In this document: positions 25,756 to 32,633 of the stretch, one piece after another
How positions within the stretch are numbered: the stretch's first letter is position 1
How the letters are laid out: each line of letters opens with the position of its first letter
IMG/VR virus record: IMGVR_UViG_3300042940_001617
Span: 1-32,633 of that record
Length of the DNA: 32,633 nt
Reading direction: 5' to 3' (one strand)
DNA from: a virus
Lineage: Duplodnaviria; Caudoviricetes
The notes under the pieces: model-generated
Database searches by the model: none
Told to the model about the DNA's origin: nothing
The model's input: only the letters and a program-made list of their open reading frames with translations
Program-made: the position numbers and the translations under genes

Positions 25756-26176
25756 TCATATTGAGTCACTGCTGCCGCAGTACGAGTGGAGAGGCGATGG
25801 AAGCGAAAGGCACGCCTTCCTTAACGGTAAGCAGATCGGCGGATACTCATTGAATGAGTTGATGACACAAATGAGCCTCGGTTCTGATGCCGCTTTTAAG
25901 TTTTCTGAACGAGTCGTCAAGACTCTTAAAGAGAAGCCATCAAAAAGCACTGCTGGCGTTGAGAGGGCGCTCGATCTTCTGCCGCTGCTCTGGGATGCCG
26001 GATTCACTACGAAGCAGCAGGGAGGAAAGTGGTGGCTTTATGATGTGACTGGTGAAGCAATCTGCCTCGGTGATAATTTCCGGAATCTGTGTGAGAACAT
26101 TCTGTATTGGCACTCGTCAGTAATGGAAAATGTCACTTCATTCAGGAGGGCTTCCGGCAATGATTCCGCGACGTGA
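25727..26176 (+). CDS. hypothetical protein
   Basis: AAGGA RBS; overlaps the upstream stop. Confidence 0.65.
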   Translation: MSQVLQFWANHIESLLPQYEWRGDGSERHAFLNGKQIGGYSLNELMTQMSLGSDAAFKFSERVVKTLKEKPSKSTAGVERALDLLPLLWDAGFTTKQQGGKWWLYDVTGEAICLGDNFRNLCENILYWHSSVMENVTSFRRASGNDSAT

Positions 26177-26354
26177 GTACAGAGATACCGGCTCGGGTGG
26201 TGGTGGTCAGTCGAGATGGGGTGGATGCACTCCGTTTTTCTGCAAGTCCTGCGGTCGGACGGTTGATCGAAAGCAGGTACAGGACAGCATTGATGTTTGC
26301 AAGCGGTGCCGAGTGAAGCCACACAATCCTAAGATGCAGGGAAATAAGCGATGA
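26160..26354 (+). CDS. small zinc-finger protein
   Basis: CKSC...CKRC; AGGAGG upstream. Confidence 0.5.
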   Translation: MIPRREYRDTGSGGGGQSRWGGCTPFFCKSCGRTVDRKQVQDSIDVCKRCRVKPHNPKMQGNKR

Positions 26355-26662
26355 CCGAAGGAGATATTCTTCGTGAAGTAGCGAGACTTCTGCACGAATT
26401 GCCGGTTGGATCGACGGCTTGCGAGGACGTTATGCGTCGTGGTGACATTGATGTCCGGTTCGCCTCAGTAGTGACAACGGACAGGGCAATCAGGTACGCA
26501 CTGCTGAATGGACTGATACGACCTACGCAGGTCCAGCTGATTCGGAGAAATCGCAAGCGATGGTTTTTCGAAAAAACGATAAAGTGCAGTGAATGGACAC
26601 GACAACACGAGATGTTGATGCCTGGGTTTCGTGGATACATGGATGGTTCAGCAGGGTATTGA
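26351..26662 (+). CDS. hypothetical protein
   Basis: ATGA overlap with the upstream stop. Confidence 0.6.
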   Translation: MTEGDILREVARLLHELPVGSTACEDVMRRGDIDVRFASVVTTDRAIRYALLNGLIRPTQVQLIRRNRKRWFFEKTIKCSEWTRQHEMLMPGFRGYMDGSAGY

Positions 26663-26809
26663 TCAGGCTAACGACAGCATTCACCGGGTTGCGGCCGGTG
26701 ACTTGGAAAGAGGCGGGAAGCTGGATCAAGAGGACTGACTCTCCAGCGTTGCCAGCTGTGTCAGTTGTGAAAGTATGTATTCACAGGGAGAGGCTGGCCC
26801 ATTCAACTC

Positions 26810-26842
26810 AAAGGCGGTCAGGGAAACCTGATCGCCTTTTTT
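26810..26842 (+). terminator. intrinsic terminator
   Basis: AAAGGCGGTCAGG-GAAA-CCTGATCGCCTTT followed by more T. Confidence 0.85.
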
Positions 26843-26870
26843 CGTTGATGTCACATCTAACAAACGTCAG

Positions 26871-26899
26871 TTGATGGCGGTTCTGGCGGTTCGCATACT
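26871..26899 (+). promoter_or_regulatory. promoter TTGATG-17-CATACT for the head operon (probably leaderless)
   Basis: -10 ends 7 nt before ATG 26907; no SD sequence present. Confidence 0.55.
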
Positions 26900-26906
26900 G
26901 CCCCGC

Positions 26907-27110
26907 ATGACGACACCAGCAGAACAACTCGCAGCCGAAGCACTGAAGGCACAGTCTGTCTCCAACGACGGCGTGACTGTTTCCCGGCGCTCGCTGACTG
27001 AGCTGATGGAGTATGAGAAGCATGTCGCCGGAAAGACTGCTGCGTCCGCTTCTCCGAACTCAATGCTGAAGAGCATGGTCTCCAAGATTGTTCCACCGGG
27101 GGGACACTGA
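26907..27110 (+). CDS. gpW-like head-tail joining protein
   Basis: QSVSNDGVTVSRRSLTEL pattern; directly before a lambda-type portal. Confidence 0.65.
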   Translation: MTTPAEQLAAEALKAQSVSNDGVTVSRRSLTELMEYEKHVAGKTAASASPNSMLKSMVSKIVPPGGH

Positions 27111-28777
27111 TGATCTGGCCGTTTACCCGGATGCTTTCGATCAGCAGACCAAAGCCCACTCGCCAAATCAAGGCGACTTTCGACGTTGCGCAGACCACTG
27201 CAGACAACCGAAAGCACTGGGCCAATGCTGACAGTCTCTCCGCTCGGGCCTCCCTGAGTCCTGCTGTGCGTCGAGTCATCCGACTCCGAAGCCGATATGA
27301 GGCTGAGAATAATTCCTGGTACTCAGGTATCCTGCGAACGGCAGTCAACCACATCATCGGGAATGGTCCTCGTCTCCAGCTGATCAGCAACAACCCACAG
27401 GCGAACGCTCGCATTGAGCTTGCGTGGCGGGAATGGTCTCGAAAGATCGACCTTGCCGACACTCTGAGAACCGTCTGTGAGTCTTACTGGCGTGATGGTG
27501 AAGTATTCGTCATGCAGGCGAGTCGACCCAGTAATTATCCGATGACTCTGGACCTTCGGTTGATCGAAGCTGATCAGGTTCAGAGTCCGTGGAATCATCC
27601 GTACAACGATACTTTTTGTGATGACGGGATCAAGTTCGACAAGTCGACGAACGAGATTCAGGTGTACGTCTTCGACAATCATCCTGGAAGCAATACTCCG
27701 AACTCAACGATTAGTGGCGAGTGGTATTCATCTCGAAGAGTCCTGCATCTGTTCCGGGCTGATCGTCCGGGGCAGACTCGCGGAATTCCTCGTGCGACTC
27801 CGGCACTGCAGATCCTGCCAATCATGCGACGGCAGGAACTGGCAACTCTGTACAGCGCGGAGACTGCAGCAAACTTCGCGATGTATCTGAAGAGCAACTC
27901 GCCTGCGATTGATCCGACTGAGTCTCCAGCAGACTTCGCTGAGATCGAGTTGACTCGGAACATGCTGACGACACTCCCTGCCGGATGGGATCTCGGTCAG
28001 GTTGAACCGAAGCAACCGGGCCCACAATATGAGATGTTCCAGAGGGCTGCACTGCAGTCGTTCTGCCGTTGTACGAACATGCCGTATTCACTCGCCAGCG
28101 GGTCCGGGAAGGACAGCAACTTCTCGTCCTTCAAAGGCGACATGATCAACGTCTGGCAACCGGAAGTTGAATGCGAACAGTCACGGATTGAATGGTCAAT
28201 CATGGAACCGATTTTCAGCTGGTTCCTTGAGGAAGCTGTCTTCGTTCCGGGCTTGCTGTCTGGGCTTCCTCAGATCAATCAGATTGACCACCGATGGCAC
28301 TGGCCTGCTTTGCCGGATATCGACGAGGCATCATCGGCGGCAGTCGCGGCAGCAAGGCTGGCAGCTGGCCTGAGTACTCCGACTCAGGAGCACGCCCGAC
28401 GATGCCAGGACTGGGAAACAGAAGCGGCAAGAGCTGCTGCTGACTTCGGAGTGCCGGTTGAAGTGTACAAGCAGGCTGTGTTCGCAAAGACGTTCGGCCT
28501 TCAGCCGGGATCGCCACTGCCGACAGCGGCAGCTGCTTTCCAGCAGGAAGCCTTGCCACAGGGCGAATACACGCAACTCGGTCAGAGGGCGTTCACGAAC
28601 AACCAGAAGCGAATCAAGAACGCACTGGATCAAATGTCATCCGGGGAAGCGTCGAGAGTCATGACTGAGCAGACACTGATGTCAATCGGGCTGACTCAGG
28701 ACAGGATCAAAGCACTGATTGATGACACTCTTCAGGGTGGAATCGAAGACGAGACCATCAGGCAGGAAATGGCATGA
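27110..28777 (+). CDS. lambda-family portal protein
   Basis: RSRYEAENN, RDGEVF, IEADQ, HLFRADRPGQTRGIP and NFSS motifs. Confidence 0.92.
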   Translation: MIWPFTRMLSISRPKPTRQIKATFDVAQTTADNRKHWANADSLSARASLSPAVRRVIRLRSRYEAENNSWYSGILRTAVNHIIGNGPRLQLISNNPQANARIELAWREWSRKIDLADTLRTVCESYWRDGEVFVMQASRPSNYPMTLDLRLIEADQVQSPWNHPYNDTFCDDGIKFDKSTNEIQVYVFDNHPGSNTPNSTISGEWYSSRRVLHLFRADRPGQTRGIPRATPALQILPIMRRQELATLYSAETAANFAMYLKSNSPAIDPTESPADFAEIELTRNMLTTLPAGWDLGQVEPKQPGPQYEMFQRAALQSFCRCTNMPYSLASGSGKDSNFSSFKGDMINVWQPEVECEQSRIEWSIMEPIFSWFLEEAVFVPGLLSGLPQINQIDHRWHWPALPDIDEASSAAVAAARLAAGLSTPTQEHARRCQDWETEAARAAADFGVPVEVYKQAVFAKTFGLQPGSPLPTAAAAFQQEALPQGEYTQLGQRAFTNNQKRIKNALDQMSSGEASRVMTEQTLMSIGLTQDRIKALIDDTLQGGIEDETIRQEMA

Positions 28778-30870
28778 AACCAATCGCACTCGATGCGTAT
28801 CTCAGGCTGAAAGCAAGTGCTCCGGGACAACCTCGGAGATTCACTATTCTTGCTTACTCAGGTGGATTGCTGCCAGTAAGTGGCTTTGAAGCCCCTGTGG
28901 TCGTCGATCTTTCCGGGCTTGAGATTCCGGCCACGATTCCGATTCTGATCGATCACGAGAAGACTGTGGAAGCCACGCTCGGGGTTGCGGACAAGATCCA
29001 CAACAACGGGTCGAAGCTGGTGATGACTGGACAGGTCACAGGAACGTCTGTGAAAGCCAGTCAGGTCATCACGATGGCTGCTGCCGGTCATCTCTGGCAG
29101 GCTTCTATCGGTGCTCAGGTGATCGAAGAAGAGGCGATTCCATCAGGAATCTCCGCAACTGTAAACGGGCAGACGTTTGTCGGCCCACTGATCATTGCGA
29201 GGCGGTCTGTGCTTCGCGAAACGAGTGTCCTGCCAATGGGTGCGGACAATACAACTTCTGTGAACCTTGCGGCGAGTGCGGCAAGGCTTTTGAAAGGATC
29301 GGGCGCAATGCCAACCTTTGAAGAATATGTAACCTCACTCGGGTTGGACGTTGCGACGTTGACTCCCGAAGCAACTGCAGCCCTGCAGAAGTCGTTCGCG
29401 GCTACTCAGGCTCCTGCACCGGCTCCTGTTCCAGTTGCTGCTCCTGCGGCCCCTGCTGCCCCTGTAGTCGCTCCGATGGCGACAGCCGGGGATTCATCCA
29501 TCAATCTTCAGGCGGCTCTTACAGACGCACGCAGGCAGATTGCTGCGACTTTCCAGCACGCGGCTGAGATTCAGGCCAAAGCTGCTGGTCATCCTCGGAT
29601 TATCTCAGCTGCACTCGAGCACAACTGGTCAATCGACAAGGTTGAACTGGAAGTGATGAAGGCGAATCAGACCCGTCCGACTTCCTTCCATTCTGCCGAG
29701 AAGGCTGTTGCTGTTCCTCAGGTTCTGGAAGCTGCTCTGTGTGTCGCTCGAAAGCAGCGCGACGCTGAGAAGCAGTTCGACGACAAGACTCTGCAGGCGG
29801 CTCACAGTCAGTACCGTGGACGCATTGGCCTTCAGCAGGTCTTTCTGATGGCAGCTGCTGCCAGCGGTATGGCTGTGTCTGTTGGTGACCGGCTCACACG
29901 CGGGCTGATGACTGACATCCTTCGTGCCATGAATCAGGGTGGTCGTGAACTGCAGGCTGCGTTCTCGGTGACTTCTCTGACCGGCCTGCTCAGCAACATC
30001 GCGAACAAAGAGTTGCTGATGGGCTTCGAAGACGAGGACTCTTCATGGCAGGAAATCTCTGACATCAAGTCAGTGACTGACTTCAAGACCGTGACGAGCT
30101 ATAGAATGCTCGACAACATGGAGTACGAAGAACTCGGCCCCGGTGGAATCATCAAGCATGGGAAGCTGGGAGAAGAGTCCTTTACTCGCAGCGTTAAGAC
30201 CTATGCGAAGATGTTCGCTCTGACTTACCAGATGATTGTCGACGATGATCTGGGAGCGTTTGACGACGTTCGTAATCGTCTGGGTCGTGGTTCCAATCGT
30301 CGCCTGAAGCGATTGATCTGGACGACGTTCCTCTCCAATCACACTACGTTCTGGTCGACTGCCCGAACCAACTATATCGAAGGTGCTACAACGAACCTCG
30401 GTACTGATGGCGTCGGTCTGTCTGCTGGTGTGAAGGCATTCCGTCAGCGGAAGTCTCCACTGATCTCCGGTGAGGATGCAACATCTCAGCTGACTCTGGG
30501 CGGACGCCCGACGAAGCTGGTTGTTCCGCCTGAGCTGGAAGCGGTCGCAGATCAGCTTTACACGGCACGAAACGTCGCCGCGGTGAAGGTGTCTGACGCC
30601 AACATTCACGCCAATAAGTATCGACCGATCGTCGTGAACGAGCTGTCTGATTCGGCGTATGGTGGTGGACAGAGCGCGACGGCATGGTATCTGTTCGGTG
30701 ATTCTGACAAGCCGGTTGTTACCAGCTTCCTGAATGGCCAGCAGTCTCCGACTGTTGAATCTGCGGACGCTGACTTCAACGTCCTCGGGGTTCAGTTCCG
30801 TGGTTATCACGACTTTGGTTGCGACCAGTCAGAGTACATGGCTGGAGTAAAGAGCAAGGGCGCTGCCTGA
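28774..30870 (+). CDS. prohead protease-scaffold-major capsid fusion protein
   Basis: N-terminal AYSG, ILIDH, WQASIG and ETSVLPMGAD; Ala/Pro linker; capsid motifs DFK, IVDDDLGAF, LVVPPELE and FLNG..SP. Confidence 0.9.
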   Translation: MKPIALDAYLRLKASAPGQPRRFTILAYSGGLLPVSGFEAPVVVDLSGLEIPATIPILIDHEKTVEATLGVADKIHNNGSKLVMTGQVTGTSVKASQVITMAAAGHLWQASIGAQVIEEEAIPSGISATVNGQTFVGPLIIARRSVLRETSVLPMGADNTTSVNLAASAARLLKGSGAMPTFEEYVTSLGLDVATLTPEATAALQKSFAATQAPAPAPVPVAAPAAPAAPVVAPMATAGDSSINLQAALTDARRQIAATFQHAAEIQAKAAGHPRIISAALEHNWSIDKVELEVMKANQTRPTSFHSAEKAVAVPQVLEAALCVARKQRDAEKQFDDKTLQAAHSQYRGRIGLQQVFLMAAAASGMAVSVGDRLTRGLMTDILRAMNQGGRELQAAFSVTSLTGLLSNIANKELLMGFEDEDSSWQEISDIKSVTDFKTVTSYRMLDNMEYEELGPGGIIKHGKLGEESFTRSVKTYAKMFALTYQMIVDDDLGAFDDVRNRLGRGSNRRLKRLIWTTFLSNHTTFWSTARTNYIEGATTNLGTDGVGLSAGVKAFRQRKSPLISGEDATSQLTLGGRPTKLVVPPELEAVADQLYTARNVAAVKVSDANIHANKYRPIVVNELSDSAYGGGQSATAWYLFGDSDKPVVTSFLNGQQSPTVESADADFNVLGVQFRGYHDFGCDQSEYMAGVKSKGAA

Positions 30871-30898
30871 TAGTCACTCTGTGACAATGACGATCTGA

Positions 30899-30927
30899 AC
30901 CCGCTGGTCGTTTCCAGCGGGTATCTT
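30899..30927 (+). terminator. hairpin / weak terminator after the capsid gene
   Basis: ACCCGCTGG / CCAGCGGGT stem with a poor U tail. Confidence 0.5.
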
Positions 30928-30956
30928 CAAACAAAAAATGAACTGGAGTGATTCAA

Positions 30957-31631
30957 ATGGCTCAGACGCCAGCAAAAACGTATTCGGATGAAGGGGCGAT
31001 TGATTACACGCCTCATTCAGCAGTGACTGGTGGTGATGTTGTCGTTCTCAATGGGATCGTCGGCATCGCACCAAAGGACATCGCAGCGAACGTTAAGGGA
31101 TCGCTGCTGACAGAGGGCATGTTCAAGCTGCCGAAAACTACGGCGGCATGGGTCCGGGGTCTCCCGGTTCACTGGGATCCGACTGGCACGCCTGACAGCG
31201 GTGACGCGAGTTCCGGTGCGGCGAATCAGCTGGGTGTCGGCACTTATGCCGGTGTCTGCGTTGAGACTGCCGGAAGCGGCGACAACTTCGGGGCAGTTGA
31301 CCTGAACGCTCAGACGAATCTGATGGCTGTTACTTCGGTGACGGCAGCAGGGTCTGTGATTGGTGATGCGGCTCAGCTGTCTCAGGGCATCAACATTGTG
31401 ACCGGTGCCAACGGAACAGTAGGTGTGATTCTTCCTGTCGCGGTTCCTGGTATGCAGGTTATCGTGAAAGGTGTCACTGCTGGCGTTCTGAAGGTGTGGC
31501 CGAAGACCGGTGCTGCCATCAATGCTCTGTCTGCCAGTGCTGCTCTCAGCATGACTACTGGTGCAATGCCTCTGACGTTCGTGGCCACTTCAGCAACGCA
31601 GTGGTACACGCTCCCATTGGTGGCAAGCTGA
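30957..31631 (+). CDS. DUF2190-like capsid cement/decoration protein with C-terminal extension
   Basis: IDYTP..AV.GGDVV....GIA..DIAA...G.L..EG.F.LPK. Confidence 0.8.
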   Translation: MAQTPAKTYSDEGAIDYTPHSAVTGGDVVVLNGIVGIAPKDIAANVKGSLLTEGMFKLPKTTAAWVRGLPVHWDPTGTPDSGDASSGAANQLGVGTYAGVCVETAGSGDNFGAVDLNAQTNLMAVTSVTAAGSVIGDAAQLSQGINIVTGANGTVGVILPVAVPGMQVIVKGVTAGVLKVWPKTGAAINALSASAALSMTTGAMPLTFVATSATQWYTLPLVAS

Positions 31632-31634
31632 TCG

Positions 31635-31979
31635 ATGAGTGATTTTGAAGATGCTATCGGAGATATGACGACTGACCTGCTGGCTGAAGCCGGTGGGCCT
31701 TTCGTCTATTTCCGGGGCACCGACAAAACCACAGTCACGATGAGGAAGTCAACCAGACCGCCTGTGCTGGTGGATGCAGGCAGTGGGACCGTGATTGAAG
31801 TTCGGCCAGTTGACTTCATCATCCTGACTGCTGATCTTCCGTACGGAGATCCTCAGCCGGGAGACCACATCAGATCAGGCGGGTTGACGTGGGAAGTCCT
31901 GCCGAACCTTCTGACTGAGAAAGTGTTTCGGCGAATCAGTGATCAGATGACGAGAATCCACACGAAGCAGGTCAACTGA
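31635..31979 (+). CDS. head-tail joining/closure protein
   Basis: DFII...DL....PQPGD.I....WEV pattern; position after the decoration gene. Confidence 0.7.
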   Translation: MSDFEDAIGDMTTDLLAEAGGPFVYFRGTDKTTVTMRKSTRPPVLVDAGSGTVIEVRPVDFIILTADLPYGDPQPGDHIRSGGLTWEVLPNLLTEKVFRRISDQMTRIHTKQVN

Positions 31980-32434
31980 TGGGCGACATTGAGAAGTCTC
32001 CGAGCACAGAAGCCATGCAGGCGATTGTTGATCGGATCAACTCCGGTGACTCATACGAGCTTGATGGGCCAGTTGAGTACACAGAACGAATCATTGATGA
32101 GCTGGAAGATATCTCTGATCTCAGAATCGACGTGGTGACTGAGAGTGAGTCGCAGCTGGAAGAGACTCTGGACGTTGAAGACAGAACGCAGATCATAATC
32201 CGAGTCTTCATCCGCTCGAAAGTTGACTCGCTTGAAAACGATACGATTGATCCTCTGAAGTTATTGGTCCGGAAGTTGTGGAGAAGGCTGAACAATTTCG
32301 ATTCAGCAGACGGGCGAGTCAAGGTGTGGGACTGCGACGTATCGCCGAAAGAAGTACCGATCAAATCTATCCTGCAGAATCACAGGCTGTTCGTGGCGAC
32401 GCTGCTGCTGAGGATTGAAGTGGAACCAAGCTGA
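31979..32434 (+). CDS. putative tail terminator / neck protein
   Basis: Acidic 151-aa protein in the neck region, translationally coupled on both sides. Confidence 0.55.
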   Translation: MGDIEKSPSTEAMQAIVDRINSGDSYELDGPVEYTERIIDELEDISDLRIDVVTESESQLEETLDVEDRTQIIIRVFIRSKVDSLENDTIDPLKLLVRKLWRRLNNFDSADGRVKVWDCDVSPKEVPIKSILQNHRLFVATLLLRIEVEPS

Positions 32435-32633
32435 TGGCTATCCCAACCACAAAGAATAAAGAAGGGGTTTTCCTGACAGGGTACGCGTCTATGCTGGATC
32501 GTATTCAGCAACTGCAGTCACCAAAGGTCAGAGACAGAATCATTAAGGCTGGTCTGGGTGCCGGACTGAATCGAATCAGAACAGGCATCGCAAAGGAAGC
32601 ACCGAAGGGCAGTCAATCAAAGTCCATTCGAAA
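32434..32633 (+). CDS. 3'-truncated HK97 gp10-like neck/tail-completion protein
   Basis: MAIPTTKNKEGVFLTGYASMLDRIQQL...RIIKAGL...IAKEAP; frame open to the window end. Confidence 0.55.
   Translation, partial: MAIPTTKNKEGVFLTGYASMLDRIQQLQSPKVRDRIIKAGLGAGLNRIRTGIAKEAPKGSQSKSIR

Larger units (their letters stand above)
1..32633. mobile_element. Segment of a tailed dsDNA phage/prophage (lambda-type head module; host probably Planctomycetota)
   Basis: Terminase, portal, protease-capsid, head-completion, recombination and helicase genes in phage-typical modules; no housekeeping genes. Host assignment is inference. Confidence 0.95.

Noticed and set aside
30070-30810. Long antisense ORFs, e.g. 246 aa opposite the capsid gene and 204 aa at 14396-15010
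   Set aside because: Shadow frames of well-supported genes with no motifs.

Overview
The whole window reads as part of a dsDNA tailed phage or prophage genome with lambda-type packaging and head genes. No integrase, repressor or host genes are recognisable. A Planctomycetota host is inferred from gene content (CsrA, Pro-rich secreted protein, papain and thioredoxin cluster, protease-capsid fusion), not demonstrated. Layout: (i) a ParB/IbrB-like gene at the left edge; (ii) a leftward early arm (859-10990) with an amidoligase + class II glutamine amidotransferase + gamma-glutamylcyclotransferase operon, RHH, replication-type genes, CsrA, a RuvC-like resolvase, SSB, a Sak4-like ATPase, an apparently circularly permuted PD-(D/E)XK nuclease and a UvrD-like helicase, driven by three related TTGCAN-17-TACATT promoters; (iii) a highly structured non-coding switch region (11316-11820); (iv) a rightward arm with a holin-like gene followed by a papain-like protease and a thioredoxin instead of a recognisable endolysin, a Kelch / Trp-periodic repeat / BppU-like appendage module, a cosQ-like site, terminases, a moron-like insert, portal, protease-capsid fusion and head-completion genes. 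The most notable observations are the protease + thioredoxin candidate lysis cassette, two sequence-unrelated promoter-to-terminator RNAs sharing a 7-bp loop-loop pairing architecture, a repeat-protein fibre module with a shared C-terminal motif, the permuted nuclease and a tRNA-like minihelix. All product calls come from motif recognition by eye; no searches were run.
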